From an uncultured Alphaproteobacteria bacterium (lineage in GTDB: Bacteria; Pseudomonadota; Alphaproteobacteria; JAPOUT01; G958296285): a DNA stretch of 64,000 nt. The DNA lies in the NCBI GenBank assembly GCA_958296285.1, contig OY282459.1, forward strand, positions 1,282,762 to 1,346,761, written 5' to 3'. Both the position numbers and the translations under genes were made by a program. Numbering within the stretch: the first letter of the stretch is position 1; each line of letters opens with the position of its first letter. Positions 18,917 through 29,706 of the stretch are shown piece after piece. The notes below the pieces were generated by a model. The model searched no databases. It saw only the letters and a program-made list of their open reading frames with translations, and was not told the DNA's origin.

Positions 18917-19531
18917 ATGATCCGTTGGCAAATCTCATCCGATCCCGTCTCTTATGGAGAATCTGTCGGCGCGATGGAAAGCCATGTCGGCGAAATGATC
19001 GCCGGGCGCGAGGGCGAGAAAATCTGGCTTCTTCAGCATCCGCCCCTCTACACGATCGGCGCGAGAACTCAATCTTCCGACATCCTCCATAAAAAATTCC
19101 CGATCCACAAAACGAGTCGCGGCGGTCTCGCCACCTATCACGGGCCTGGGCAGAGGGTCGTCTATCTGATGCTCAATCTCAAAGAAAGAGGCTTGAAAGC
19201 GCGCCCCTTCGTCCAAAAATTGGAGGACTGGCTGATCCTCGCCCTCGCCCGCCTCGGCGCGAAGGGAGAGCGCCGACATGACCGCATCGGAATATGGATC
19301 GCCGACAAAAGCCGCGAAGACAAAATCGCCGCCATCGGCATCCGCGTCAGACGCGGAATCAGTTTTCACGGCGTCAGCGTCAATGTGAATCCCGATCTCT
19401 CCCATTATGACGGCATCGTGCCTTGCGGAATAGCGCGGCATGGCGTCACGAGCCTCCACGCGCTCGGAATCCCCGCCTCCATGCGGGAGGTGGATCAAGC
19501 GCTCCAAGATTCCTTCGCGGACATCTTTTAG
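18917..19531 (+). CDS. lipB: lipoyl(octanoyl) transferase
   Basis: Motifs IWLLQHPPLYTIGAR, TSRGGLATYHGPGQ and the conserved catalytic-region PCG. Confidence 0.92.
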   Translation: MIRWQISSDPVSYGESVGAMESHVGEMIAGREGEKIWLLQHPPLYTIGARTQSSDILHKKFPIHKTSRGGLATYHGPGQRVVYLMLNLKERGLKARPFVQKLEDWLILALARLGAKGERRHDRIGIWIADKSREDKIAAIGIRVRRGISFHGVSVNVNPDLSHYDGIVPCGIARHGVTSLHALGIPASMREVDQALQDSFADIF

Positions 19532-21522
19532 CCGAAGCGCAGAATCGGATCGTCCAGCGCGAGACTCTGTCCCTCCTCGCAGAAAATCTCTTTGACGACA
19601 GCGTCTTGCTCAGCGAAGAGGATGTTCTCCATCTTCATCGCCTCCACGACCGCGAGAGGCTGTCCCGCCTCCACGCGATCCCCCGCTTTGACATGAAGTT
19701 TCACGAGCTGCCCCGGCATCGGACAGAGAAGCCTGTCGGTCTTTTCCGAAGCCTCTCTCTTCGGCAGACGCGCTTCAAGCGCCGCCTGAAGCGGCGACAT
19801 CACCCGAAAGACGAACCGCGCCCCGCCATAGGACAGAATCCAAGATTGATCGCTGCGGCGAATCTGCATCAGAATCGTTCTGCCGTCCAGCTGACCGTGG
19901 AAAAGCCGCGCCCCAAACCGCCAATCGCTCTGAATCTTTCGCGTCAACCGTCCCGCGCCGTAGACGCTCGCGCCGTACGCCAAGCCCCCTTCCCTCTCCG
20001 AGACGGCGAATTCCTCGCGCGTCTCGCCTTCCATGACGGCAAGATGTTTCGGCATTCTCGCCCGCAATGGCAGCGCCGCCTCCTGACGCGCGCGCTTGAT
20101 GTTCTGCCATTCGGCGAAAAGCGCGACAGCGCGAGAATCTCTTCGCAAAACTTCCTCCTCCGTCTCGGCTTTAAAACCCTGCGGATATTCTTCTTCTATG
20201 AAAGATGTGGAGAGATCGCCCGCCGCGAAGCGCTTATGCGCGAAAATCGCCGACAGAAACAGACGATTATTCGGAAAGCCTTCCAACTCCAACCTCTCCA
20301 GCGCGGAGAGGATGGTTTTTCGCGCCGATTCCCTGTCCTCGCCCCAAGAGCAGAGTTTCATGATCATCGGATCGTAATAGACGCTGATCGCGTCTCCCTC
20401 TTCCACGCCGCTGTCTATGCGGACGGTCTGGCTCTCGTCAGGCGGACGGCAGCGCGAGAGCGTTCCGGTCTGAGGCAGAAAGCCGCGCTCAGGGTCTTCG
20501 GCGCAGAGCCGCGCCTCAAAAGCCCAGCCGGTGAAGCGGACGTCATTCTGCGTCAGACGCAGAGGCTCATCGGCGGCGATCCGAATCATCTCCTCCGCCA
20601 AATCCAATCCGGTGATGAGTTCGGATACGGGATGCTCCACTTGAAGCCGCGTATTCATCTCAAGGAAGTAAAAGACCTTATCCCGCCCGACCACGAACTC
20701 CACCGTCCCGGCGCTGTCATAGCCGACCGCCTTCGCCAACAGCAGCGCCTCTCTGCCCATCGCCTCGCGCATCGTCTTATTGAGCAGAGGGCTCGGCGCT
20801 TCCTCTATGATCTTTTGGTTGCGCCGCTGAATGGAACATTCGCGCTCGCCAAGATGAACGGCAGCGCCGCGCTTGTCGCAGAGAATCTGAATCTCAATAT
20901 GGCGGGGGTTCTCAATATATTTCTCCACGAAGACGCGCCCGTCTCCAAAAGACGCCTCCGCCTCGCGCCTCGCGGAAGCGGCAGCCTCAACGAGATTGTC
21001 GCCTTGACGCGCGATTCTCATGCCCTTGCCGCCGCCGCCCGCCGCCGCCTTGATCATCACCGGATAGCCTATCGTTTCGGCGATGGCGCCGATCTCGTCC
21101 GCGCTTGTCAGAGCGTCTTGATGGCCCGGGATCGTGGAGACGCCCGCCTTTTTCGCAAGAATCTTGGATTCAATTTTGTCGCCCATTCGCGCGATGGCTT
21201 CGGCGTTCGGTCCGATGAAAGCGATGCCTTCCCTCTCGCAATCTCTTGCGAAATCGGCGTTTTCGGAAAGGAAGCCATAGCCCGGATGAAGCGCTTCCGC
21301 GCCTGTCTGACGCGCCGCCTCCAAGATTTTCTCCCCGCGCAAATAGGATTCCGCCGCCGCCGCGCCCCCGATGAAAACCGCTTCATCCGCCATCGCGACA
21401 TGAAGCGCGCGGGAATCGGCGTCAGAATAAACGGCGACAGTCTTGACGCCCATCCGCCGCGCCGTCTTGATGACGCGGCAGGCGATCTCTCCTCGGTTGG
21501 CGATCAAAATCTTCTTAAACAC
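19528..21522 (-). CDS. pccA: propionyl-/acetyl-CoA carboxylase alpha subunit (biotin carboxylase + biotinyl domain)
   Basis: MFKKILIANRGEIACRVIKTARRMG, ATP-grasp region, C-terminal biotinyl motif EAMKMEN. Directly upstream of the carboxyltransferase gene. Confidence 0.9.
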   Translation of the reverse strand: MFKKILIANRGEIACRVIKTARRMGVKTVAVYSDADSRALHVAMADEAVFIGGAAAAESYLRGEKILEAARQTGAEALHPGYGFLSENADFARDCEREGIAFIGPNAEAIARMGDKIESKILAKKAGVSTIPGHQDALTSADEIGAIAETIGYPVMIKAAAGGGGKGMRIARQGDNLVEAAASARREAEASFGDGRVFVEKYIENPRHIEIQILCDKRGAAVHLGERECSIQRRNQKIIEEAPSPLLNKTMREAMGREALLLAKAVGYDSAGTVEFVVGRDKVFYFLEMNTRLQVEHPVSELITGLDLAEEMIRIAADEPLRLTQNDVRFTGWAFEARLCAEDPERGFLPQTGTLSRCRPPDESQTVRIDSGVEEGDAISVYYDPMIMKLCSWGEDRESARKTILSALERLELEGFPNNRLFLSAIFAHKRFAAGDLSTSFIEEEYPQGFKAETEEEVLRRDSRAVALFAEWQNIKRARQEAALPLRARMPKHLAVMEGETREEFAVSEREGGLAYGASVYGAGRLTRKIQSDWRFGARLFHGQLDGRTILMQIRRSDQSWILSYGGARFVFRVMSPLQAALEARLPKREASEKTDRLLCPMPGQLVKLHVKAGDRVEAGQPLAVVEAMKMENILFAEQDAVVKEIFCEEGQSLALDDPILRFG

Positions 21523-21533
21523 CGCGCCCTCTC

Positions 21534-23072
21534 CTAGAGAGGGATATTGTCGTGCTTTTTCTTCGGGTTTGTCATCTGTTTCGCTTTCAGCATCGCCAAG
21601 CCGCGAATGACGCGGCGGCGCGTCTCTTTCGGGGCGATGATGTCGTCAATATAGCCCCGCTCCGCCGCGACAAAAGGGTTTAAGAATCGCGCCTCATAAG
21701 CCTCGGCGCGTTTGGCGATTTTGTCGGGATTGCCGATCTCGTCTCTGTGGAGAATCTCCGCCGCGCCCTTCGCCCCCATGACGGCGATCTCGGCGCTCGG
21801 CCAGGCATAGTTCAGATCGCCCCTGATATGTTTGGACGCCATGACGTCATAGGCTCCGCCATAGGCTTTGCGCGTGATGAAGGTGATTTTCGGCGCTGTC
21901 GCCTCGGCATAGGCGAAGAGGAGCTTCGCGCCGTGCTTGATGATGCCGCCTTCCTCCTGAGCCTGCCCGGGCAGAAAGCCCGGCACATCCACGAGGGTGA
22001 GAATCGGAATGTCAAAACAATCGCAGAAGCGGACGAACCGCGCGGCTTTGCGACTGGCGTCCGAATCCAAAACGCCGGCGAGAATGAGAGGCTGATTCGC
22101 CACAATGCCGACAGTCGCGCCGTCCATCCGCGCGAAGCCAATGACGATGTTTTTAGCGAAATCCCGCTGAATCTCAAAAAAATCCTCCTCATCCACAAGA
22201 GCGAGAATCGCGCGCTTGATGTCATAGGGCGTGTTCGGATTGGCGGGGACGAGTTTCTCCAGAGCCGGCGCGTCTCTATTCGGATCGTCATGGCTTTCGC
22301 GGCGGGGCGGCTTCTCGCGGTTGGAGGCGGGGAGGAAATCAAGAAGGCGGCGGATCTCTTGAAGCGCTTCGGCGTCATTGTCGTAAGCGCCGTCAGCGAC
22401 GCCGGATTTCTTCATATGGACGCTCGCGCCTCCGAGCTGTTCGGCGGATATGTCCTCATTCATCACGGTCTTGACGACATTGGGGCCGGTCACGAACATC
22501 GTGGACGTCCCGCGCGCCATGAAAATAAAATCCGTCATGGCGGGGGAATAGACATCGCCGCCGGCGCAGGGGCCCATAATGACCGAAATCTGCGGAATCA
22601 CTCCGGACGCCAAAACGTTCCGCAAGAAGACCTCGCCATAACCGCCAAGCGCCTCCACGCCCTCCTGAATGCGCGCGCCGCCGGCGTCAAAAAGCCCGAC
22701 AATCGGCGCGCCGACCCGAAGCGCCATGTCCTGAACTTTCGTGATCTTCGCCGCGTGAGTCCGCGAGAGCGATCCGCCAAAGACCGTGAAATCCTTGGCG
22801 AAAAGATAGACGGGTCTGCCATTGACCGTTCCCCATCCGGTGATGACGCCGTCCCCTGGGATCGCCGTCCCTTCCATGTCAAACTCATGGCTTTGATGCT
22901 CCACGAACATGTCAAACTCCTCAAAACTTCCGTCATCCAAGAGGAGCGCGACTCTTTCGCGCGCCGAGAGTTTGCCCTTCGCGCGCTGCGCCTTGAGACG
23001 CTTCTCGCCGCCGCCTGCCAGCGCCGCCGCGCGGCGCTTTTTCAATTCATCCCGAATCGCCTTATCTTTCAT
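21534..23072 (-). CDS. pccB: propionyl-CoA carboxylase beta subunit (carboxyltransferase)
   Basis: N-terminus MKDKAIRDELKKRRAAALAGGGEKRLKAQRAKGKLSARERV...FEEFDMFVEH is typical of PccB/MmdA. Start at internal Met (23072). Confidence 0.9.
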   Translation of the reverse strand: MKDKAIRDELKKRRAAALAGGGEKRLKAQRAKGKLSARERVALLLDDGSFEEFDMFVEHQSHEFDMEGTAIPGDGVITGWGTVNGRPVYLFAKDFTVFGGSLSRTHAAKITKVQDMALRVGAPIVGLFDAGGARIQEGVEALGGYGEVFLRNVLASGVIPQISVIMGPCAGGDVYSPAMTDFIFMARGTSTMFVTGPNVVKTVMNEDISAEQLGGASVHMKKSGVADGAYDNDAEALQEIRRLLDFLPASNREKPPRRESHDDPNRDAPALEKLVPANPNTPYDIKRAILALVDEEDFFEIQRDFAKNIVIGFARMDGATVGIVANQPLILAGVLDSDASRKAARFVRFCDCFDIPILTLVDVPGFLPGQAQEEGGIIKHGAKLLFAYAEATAPKITFITRKAYGGAYDVMASKHIRGDLNYAWPSAEIAVMGAKGAAEILHRDEIGNPDKIAKRAEAYEARFLNPFVAAERGYIDDIIAPKETRRRVIRGLAMLKAKQMTNPKKKHDNIPL

Positions 23073-24042
23073 CGCTTCGCCCTCGCTTGAATAAAGCGGC
23101 GCTGTTTTCCCACAAAGCGCCTTTGAGGTCAAAATCCAAAATCCGCCAGCTCTCTTCCATATGGGGCGGCAGAGGCGCGCGGGCGGTCAGAATCTTGCCC
23201 GAAGGCAGACGCAAAGACATCTCCCGCGCATGAAGATGAAGTCCGCGACCCAATCCTTTCGCGGCGCTCTCTTTTCCATATTTTTTGTCGCCGACAATCG
23301 GCGTTCCGATCTCTGAGAGATGGATGCGAAGCTGATGCTTTCGTCCCGTATGGGTCATCAGGGCGAGCCATGCGAAGCGCTGTCCGGCTTTCCGCGCTAA
23401 AACGTAGTCCGTCCGCGCGCGCTTTTCGTCTCCGCCTTCTTTTTCGGACGCGATCGGCGAGACAAGACGCCCGCGCGTCTCTTTGGGCGCGGAGATCGTC
23501 AAAGCCCAGTAAATTTTCCGAACCTCCCGCTTTCTAAAACGTTCGGCGAGATGCGCCGCCGCCGCCGCCCTCCGCGCGAGAATGAGAACGCCGCTCGCCT
23601 CCTTATCCAACCTATGGACGAGTTTCGGACGCTCCGCCGCGTCAAAGCGGAGGGCGTCCAGCAATCCGTCCAGATGGCGCGAGACGCGACTCCCTCCCTG
23701 CGCCGCCAATCCGGCAGGCTTGTTGATGACGATGACGTCGTGATCGCGGTGAAGAATCCGCGCCCTCAGATCGGCGCTCTCTCGGCGCGAGGGCGGCGGC
23801 AGCAGAGCGGATCGCCGCGCCGCGCCCTCCTTGAGACGTTTGGGCAGACGAAGACGCTCGCCCTTTCTCAAGCGCTGTCCGGCGCGCGCCTTCGCGTCTT
23901 CCACCCGTATCGCGCCCCGCCGCAGAAGATTCTCCAAACGCGAATGCGGCACGCTCGGCAGATGCCTCTTGAACCAGCGATCCAGCCTGATGCCGTCATC
24001 CTCGGCGGCGATTGTTTTTTCCAAGAGAGGGCTGTCGGTCAT
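23062..24042 (-). CDS. RluA-family 23S rRNA pseudouridine synthase (RluC/RluD-like) with S4 domain
   Basis: S4-like LDRWFKRHLPSVPHSRLENLLRRGAIRVE and catalytic motif HRLDKEASGVLILAR. Start set at MTDSPL. Confidence 0.85.
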   Translation of the reverse strand: MTDSPLLEKTIAAEDDGIRLDRWFKRHLPSVPHSRLENLLRRGAIRVEDAKARAGQRLRKGERLRLPKRLKEGAARRSALLPPPSRRESADLRARILHRDHDVIVINKPAGLAAQGGSRVSRHLDGLLDALRFDAAERPKLVHRLDKEASGVLILARRAAAAAHLAERFRKREVRKIYWALTISAPKETRGRLVSPIASEKEGGDEKRARTDYVLARKAGQRFAWLALMTHTGRKHQLRIHLSEIGTPIVGDKKYGKESAAKGLGRGLHLHAREMSLRLPSGKILTARAPLPPHMEESWRILDFDLKGALWENSAALFKRGRSDER

Positions 24043-25337
24043 TCTGTCTTTCTTTTCTGCCGCAATTTGTCCCACCATGCGAGTCTCTTCTTGATTTCGC
24101 GCTCAAAGCCCAGATCGGTCGGCGCGTAGATTTTCTGCCGCGCGATTGTGTCGGGAAAATAATTCTGCCCGGCGAATCTGTCAGGCTGATCGTGATCGTA
24201 GCGGTAGTTTTCGCCATAGCCCAGAGTTTTCATCAGACGGGTCGGGGCGTTGAGCGCGTGTTTCGGCGGCGGGAGCGATCCGGATTCCTTCGCCAGCGCC
24301 TTCGCCTCTTTGGACGCCCGATAGACCGCGTTGGATTTCGGCGCGGACGCCAAATAAAGAACCGCCTGCGCCAGAGCGAGCTCGCCCTCCGGCGAGCCAA
24401 GCGCTTCATAGGCGCGGCGCGCGGCTTCGGCTTGATGGAGAGATTCGGGATCGGCGAGACCGATATCCTCCACCGCCATGCGTATCAGCCGCCGCGCGAT
24501 GTAAAGAGGATCTTCGCCGCCGGCGAGCATTCTCTCCAGCCAATAGAGCGCGGCATCGGCATCGCTCCCGCGCACCGATTTATGCAGAACGCTGATCAAA
24601 TTATAATGCTCCTCGCCCGCTCTGTCGTAAAGAGGGGCGCGTTTCTGCAAGACATCGCCCAAAGTTTCGGGGGTCAGAGGCGGCGCGTCTTTGTTTTTTT
24701 CGCTTCGCGCGAAAATCTCTTCCGCCATATTGAGAAGGAAGCGTCCGTCTCCGTCCGCCATGCCGATGAGCGCGCGGCGCGTCTCTTCGTCAAGCGGCAG
24801 GGTTTCGCCTGTGATCTCTTCGGCGCGTTTGAGAATCTCTTCCAGCGCTTCCGAATCCAGCCTGTTCAAGACAAAAACGCGGCAGCGCGAGAGCAGCGCC
24901 GCCCCAAGCGTGAAAGAGGGATTCTCTGTCGTCGCCCCCGCCAAGACAATCTCGCCGGTCTCCGCCCAAGGAAGGAAACTGTCCTGCTGCGTCCGCGTCA
25001 GGCGATGGATTTCGTCAATGAAGAGAAGGGTTTCTATGCCGTTTTGTCTTCTGGCGAGGGCTTCGTCATGGATTTTTCGGAACTCGGCGAGTCCGGCGGA
25101 TGTCGCCGAAGCCTGCGCGAAAACATAGCCCGACAGCGAAGAGAGAATGCGGACGATTGTCGTCTTGCCCGATCCCGGAGGCCCCCACAAAATGAAGGAG
25201 ACGAGTTTCTCTCGCGCCGCCATTCGCGCGATCGGCGCGTCCTCATTCAGGAGATGCGGCTGTCCGAAAATCTCGGAGAGGTTCCGCGGACGCAGCCGCT
25301 CGGCGAGCGGCGAAGCGCGCCTTGCATCCCGCTTCAT
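24039..25337 (-). CDS. rarA: replication-associated recombination protein A (AAA+ ATPase RarA/MgsA)
   Basis: Walker A LWGPPGSGKTT and overall MgsA architecture, 432 aa. Confidence 0.9.
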   Translation of the reverse strand: MKRDARRASPLAERLRPRNLSEIFGQPHLLNEDAPIARMAAREKLVSFILWGPPGSGKTTIVRILSSLSGYVFAQASATSAGLAEFRKIHDEALARRQNGIETLLFIDEIHRLTRTQQDSFLPWAETGEIVLAGATTENPSFTLGAALLSRCRVFVLNRLDSEALEEILKRAEEITGETLPLDEETRRALIGMADGDGRFLLNMAEEIFARSEKNKDAPPLTPETLGDVLQKRAPLYDRAGEEHYNLISVLHKSVRGSDADAALYWLERMLAGGEDPLYIARRLIRMAVEDIGLADPESLHQAEAARRAYEALGSPEGELALAQAVLYLASAPKSNAVYRASKEAKALAKESGSLPPPKHALNAPTRLMKTLGYGENYRYDHDQPDRFAGQNYFPDTIARQKIYAPTDLGFEREIKKRLAWWDKLRQKRKTE

Positions 25338-26785
25338 CTGACCGCGACAACAACGCGCCGTCCGCCGCGCTCTAATACCAGACGGCGCGGCGGATTGGCG
25401 CTCTGAAATATCGCCGCCAGCGCCGCGACATCGGCGACAGCCGTCCCTCCCGCCTCGCGAATAATATCCCGCGCCGTGATGAGCCGCGCGGCGGGCGATC
25501 CCGTCTTGACGGAAAGAACGACCACGCCCGCCGCCCCATAATCCATATTCAACGCGCCGGCCAAGGCCGGAGACAAATTCGCCACTGTCACGCCGTTCAA
25601 AATATGCGCGCCGGACAATGCCCGCTCATCTTTAGGCACAGTCTCAGGCAGCGCCGCGACCCGAACCTCGGCGCGGCGCGCGCGCGCCTCCCGCGCATAT
25701 TCTATTTCTACGACAGAATCCTCCCGCGAGGTCTCTATCCTATATTTGAGAGCGAAGAGATCGGGCGCGTCATGGAGGCCGAATTTCCGCACGACATCCC
25801 CGACTTGCAGTCCGGCGAGACTGGCGGGGCTGTCCGGATAGATTTTCGTGATCAGAACGCCGGACGGGCTTTCTAGCGCCATCGCCTCGGCAATATCCGC
25901 CGTGACGCTTTGGAAATCCGCGCCGATCCAAAGACGGCGAAGCGGCTCGCCCTTCTCGGCAGCCTCCACGACTCGGCGCACGAGATTCGCCGGGATCGCG
26001 AAGCCAATGCCGACCGATCCGCCCGTTTGCGAGTAAATCGCCGTGTTGATGCCCGCCAGCCTGCCGTCCAACGTCACCAGCGCGCCGCCCGAATTCCCAA
26101 CATTGATCGCCGCGTCCGTCTGCAGAAAAAATCCGATATTGGATATGCCAGGACGCGCCCGCGCGGGCGCGGAAATAATCCCATTCGTCACCGTCTGTCC
26201 AAGACCAAAAGGATTCCCAATGGCGAGAACAATATCCCCGGTCTCCAGCGCGTCAGAATCGCCAAAAGGCAGAACCGACAAGCTCCTGCCCGCCGCCTTC
26301 GCGCCGTTCCCTTTCCCGCTCTGAAAATCAATTTTTAGAACCGCCAAATCGCTCCCCTCATCGGAAAGAATGAGATCCGCCCGAAACTCGCGGCGATCAT
26401 TTAAAGCGACAGTCAGCGCCTCGCTGTCGCGGACGACATGGTAATTCGTCACGACAATGCCGTCCTCGCCCAAAACAACGCCCGATCCCAGCGCGCGCTC
26501 AATGCGATCGCGGGGAATGCCGAAACCGCGCGGAAGCCCGCGAAAAAAATGCTCAAAAAAAGGATTGCGCCAAAGCGGCGTCCTCCGCCTGACGACACGG
26601 CGCGCATAGACGGTCACGACAGACGGCGCCGATTTCTTGACCGTCTCCGCGAAAGAAAACGCCAAAGACTCAGAAGAAGGACGAGACGTCCGCGCGAGAT
26701 GATTCTCCACAGCCCAAAACGCCGCGACTGCCGTCAAAAACGCGACGCCCAAAAGCCCCCCAAAGAAGAAAGGTTTCACCTTCAA
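25334..26785 (-). CDS. degP: Do-family serine endoprotease (DegP/HtrA) with PDZ domains
   Basis: Signal/TM N-terminus, trypsin-like motif GNSGGALV, two PDZ-like regions. Confidence 0.9.
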   Translation of the reverse strand: MKVKPFFFGGLLGVAFLTAVAAFWAVENHLARTSRPSSESLAFSFAETVKKSAPSVVTVYARRVVRRRTPLWRNPFFEHFFRGLPRGFGIPRDRIERALGSGVVLGEDGIVVTNYHVVRDSEALTVALNDRREFRADLILSDEGSDLAVLKIDFQSGKGNGAKAAGRSLSVLPFGDSDALETGDIVLAIGNPFGLGQTVTNGIISAPARARPGISNIGFFLQTDAAINVGNSGGALVTLDGRLAGINTAIYSQTGGSVGIGFAIPANLVRRVVEAAEKGEPLRRLWIGADFQSVTADIAEAMALESPSGVLITKIYPDSPASLAGLQVGDVVRKFGLHDAPDLFALKYRIETSREDSVVEIEYAREARARRAEVRVAALPETVPKDERALSGAHILNGVTVANLSPALAGALNMDYGAAGVVVLSVKTGSPAARLITARDIIREAGGTAVADVAALAAIFQSANPPRRLVLERGGRRVVVAVR

Positions 26786-27201
26786 TCCGCGGACTCGTCT
26801 CTTTTAGGCGGCGGCGGTCCGGAATCTTGTCCGCGCGCCTTTTCGTCCCGCTCCACGAATTCCATAATGGCGCGCGGCGCGTCATCGCCTCGGCGGAAGC
26901 CCGCTTTAACAATCCGCGTATAGCCGCCGTCCCGCTCGGCATAGCGCGGCGCAAGCACCGCGAAAAGTTTCCGAACCCCCTTCTCCTCGCGCAGACGCGC
27001 CGCCGCGAGCCTCCGCCGCGACAATCCCCCGCGCTTCGCCAAACTCACCAACTTCTCCACAAAAGGACGCAAAGCCTTCGCTTTCGGCAGAGTCGTGACG
27101 ATCTGCTCATGCTTGATCAGCGCCGCCGCCATATTGGCGAACATCGCGCGTCTATGGCTGGAGCGCCGCCCCAATTTCGCCACCGATTTCCTATGACGCA
27201 T
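26782..27201 (-). CDS. rplQ: 50S ribosomal protein L17
   Basis: [28 protein letters not shown]. Confidence 0.95.
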   Translation of the reverse strand: MRHRKSVAKLGRRSSHRRAMFANMAAALIKHEQIVTTLPKAKALRPFVEKLVSLAKRGGLSRRRLAAARLREEKGVRKLFAVLAPRYAERDGGYTRIVKAGFRRGDDAPRAIMEFVERDEKARGQDSGPPPPKRDESAD

Positions 27202-27223
27202 CGCGCGACCTCAACAAAATCCG

Positions 27224-28240
27224 TCAATATTGAGACTGGTAGCGTTTCGCCAGCATCTCAATATTCTCAGGCGGCCAATCCGGAACCTCCATCCCCAGAC
27301 TCAAACCCATATTGGCGAGAACCTCTTTGATCTCGTTCAAGGATTTGCGTCCGAAATTAGGGGTGTTCAGCATCTCCATCTCGGTCTTTTGGACAAGTTC
27401 GCCGATATAGTAAATGTTGTCGTTCTTCAGACAATTCGCCGAGCGGACGGAAAGTTCCAGATCCTCCACTTTGCGAACGAGATTCGGATTGATGCCCGGC
27501 ACAGGCTGCGGCTTCTCCTCCACGGCGACCTCTTCCTCCTCAAAGGAGACGAAAGCCTGCGCTTGATCCTGCAAAATCCGCGCCGCCAGAGAAACCGCCT
27601 CTTCAGGCTGAATCGCGCCATTGGTCTCAACGTCCATCGTCAATTTGTCGTAGTCCAAGACCTGTCCGGATCGGGTGTTCTCCACCTTATAGGAGACAGT
27701 GCGGACAGGGCTGAAAAGCGCATCCACCGGAATAAGACCAATCGGCGCGACCTCCATGCTGTCGGGACGCGCCGGGACATAGCCCTTGCCGGTCTCCACC
27801 GTGAACTCTATGCGAATGGAAGAGCCTTTCTCCACAGTGCAGAGAATCTGATCAGGGTTCAGAATCGTGACATGCGCGCCCGTCTCAATATCGTCTCCGG
27901 TGACGGCGCACGGCCCCTCTTTTTCCAGCGTCATGCGGACGGGACCTTCGCTCTCAATTTTGAGGGTTAAACTTTTCACGTTCAAGATAATCTCGGTGAT
28001 GTCTTCGCGGACGCCGTCTATGGACGAGAATTCATGCAGCACGCCGTCTATCTTGACCGACGTGATCGCCGCGCCTCTGAGCGAGGAGAGCAAGATTCGC
28101 CGCATCGCGTTGCCGAGCGTATAGCCGAAGCCTCTCTCCAGAGGCTCAGCGACAACGCGCGCCGCGCGCGCCGGATCCGCGCCCGGCATGATTTCCAGCC
28201 TTGTCGGCTTTTTCAAAGCCTGCCAGTTCTTATTGAGCAC
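27224..28240 (-). CDS. rpoA: DNA-directed RNA polymerase alpha subunit
   Basis: 338 aa, N-terminal assembly domain and C-terminal alpha-CTD motifs ([10 protein letters not shown]). Confidence 0.96.
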   Translation of the reverse strand: MLNKNWQALKKPTRLEIMPGADPARAARVVAEPLERGFGYTLGNAMRRILLSSLRGAAITSVKIDGVLHEFSSIDGVREDITEIILNVKSLTLKIESEGPVRMTLEKEGPCAVTGDDIETGAHVTILNPDQILCTVEKGSSIRIEFTVETGKGYVPARPDSMEVAPIGLIPVDALFSPVRTVSYKVENTRSGQVLDYDKLTMDVETNGAIQPEEAVSLAARILQDQAQAFVSFEEEEVAVEEKPQPVPGINPNLVRKVEDLELSVRSANCLKNDNIYYIGELVQKTEMEMLNTPNFGRKSLNEIKEVLANMGLSLGMEVPDWPPENIEMLAKRYQSQY

Positions 28241-28261
28241 TGCCCCACTCCTCTCCTGCGT

Positions 28262-28663
28262 TTAGCCGCGGCGCTTCTTGCGCGGACGGCATCCATTATG
28301 CGGGATCGGCGTTACGTCGCGAATGGCGGTGATCGTGAAGCCGACCGCCTGCAGCGCGCGGAGCGCCGATTCGCGTCCCGATCCCGGACCTTGGACATGA
28401 ACTTCCAGCGTTTTCATGCCATGCTCCATCGCTTTTCTGCCTGCGTTCTGCGCGGCGAGCTGCGCGGCATAAGGCGTGGATTTGCGAGACCCCTTAAAGC
28501 CGTTCTGCCCCGCCGAAGACCACGCGATCGCGTTGCCCTGCAAATCAGCGATTGTGATCAGCGTGTTGTTGAAGGTGGCATTGACATGGGCGATGCCCGT
28601 CAGAATGTTCTTGCGATCTTTGCGCTTGATCCGAGTCGCGTCTTTGGCTTCTGTTTCGCTCAT
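28262..28663 (-). CDS. rpsK: 30S ribosomal protein S11
   Basis: MSETEAK...[23 protein letters not shown]. The ORF-track upstream extension is rejected. Confidence 0.95.
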   Translation of the reverse strand: MSETEAKDATRIKRKDRKNILTGIAHVNATFNNTLITIADLQGNAIAWSSAGQNGFKGSRKSTPYAAQLAAQNAGRKAMEHGMKTLEVHVQGPGSGRESALRALQAVGFTITAIRDVTPIPHNGCRPRKKRRG

Positions 28664-28668
28664 AGGGG

Positions 28669-29040
28669 CTAGGCCTTCTTCTTGCCGGCGATGGGTCTCG
28701 CCTTTCCTTTGCGGGTTCTGGCATTGGTGTGGGTGCGCTGTCCTCGGACCGGCAGCCCGCGCCGATGCCGCAAGCCGCGATAGGTTCCCAAATCCATCAT
28801 CCGCTTGACATTCATGCCGACATCGCGCCGCAAATCGCCCTCCACGACATAATCGGCGTCTATGATCTCCCGAATGCGGATGACCTCGGCGTCTCCCAAT
28901 TTGGCGACTTTCTCCTGTTGGGAGATTCCGGCTTTGTCGCAAATTTCTCGCGCCTTCACCGGCCCAATGCCGTAAATATAGGTCAGCGACGCCCAAATCT
29001 GCTTGTCCGAAGGGATATTAACGCCCGCTATGCGCGCCAT
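28669..29040 (-). CDS. rpsM: 30S ribosomal protein S13
   Basis: [26 protein letters not shown]. Confidence 0.96.
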   Translation of the reverse strand: MARIAGVNIPSDKQIWASLTYIYGIGPVKAREICDKAGISQQEKVAKLGDAEVIRIREIIDADYVVEGDLRRDVGMNVKRMMDLGTYRGLRHRRGLPVRGQRTHTNARTRKGKARPIAGKKKA

Positions 29041-29103
29041 AGGCCTGCAAGTCTCCGTTGGTGATGACTGTTCGGTGGGGGTTTCGCGGAGGAAGCGCGG
29101 GCA

Positions 29104-29706
29104 TTATACGGACTGCGCCTCGTCCGTCAAGAGCGCGCGGCTTCGCAAAATGCTCTCTATCGCGGCGGAGACCTCGGCGATGCTCGCCATGCCGTCCAGT
29201 TTCTCCAAGAGTCCTTTCTTCTGATAATAGGAGACGAGCGGCCGCGTTTGCCTTTTATAGACTTCCAGGCGATGGCGGAAGACCTCCTCGGCGTCATCGG
29301 CGCGGACAGAGCCGCCGGCTTGACTCGCCCGCTCTGTGATCCTTTGGAAAAGCGCGTCCAAATCGCACTCAACCATGATGACGGCGTCAATCCGCCTTGT
29401 CGGATTCTTGCCTTTGAGGCGAGCCTCCAGCATCTCCGCCTGGCCGATCGTGCGGGGGAAGCCGTCCAAAATGACGCCCCCGGCGCAGTCGGGATCGTCC
29501 AAACGCTCGGCGATGAGATCGGTCACGACTTCATCGGGCAGAATGGCTCCGCGATTCATCAGCGCGCGCAGTTTCTCATCCAGCCTGTCGCCGGCGCTGC
29601 GGAGCATGTCGCCTGTCGCCAAATGCGCCAGACCATAACGCCGCGCGAAATGGGCGGCTTGCGTCCCTTTGCCGGCGCCGGGCGCGCCCAGAAAAACCAA
29701 ATTCAT
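29104..29706 (-). CDS. adk: adenylate kinase
   Basis: P-loop MNLVFLGAPGAGKGTQA. Confidence 0.95.
   Translation of the reverse strand: MNLVFLGAPGAGKGTQAAHFARRYGLAHLATGDMLRSAGDRLDEKLRALMNRGAILPDEVVTDLIAERLDDPDCAGGVILDGFPRTIGQAEMLEARLKGKNPTRRIDAVIMVECDLDALFQRITERASQAGGSVRADDAEEVFRHRLEVYKRQTRPLVSYYQKKGLLEKLDGMASIAEVSAAIESILRSRALLTDEAQSV

Noticed and set aside
19423-21537. 704-aa + strand ORF
   Set aside because: Antisense shadow of pccA in high-GC DNA. The Arg/Pro-rich translation has no recognisable domain, while the - strand encodes a clear biotin carboxylase.
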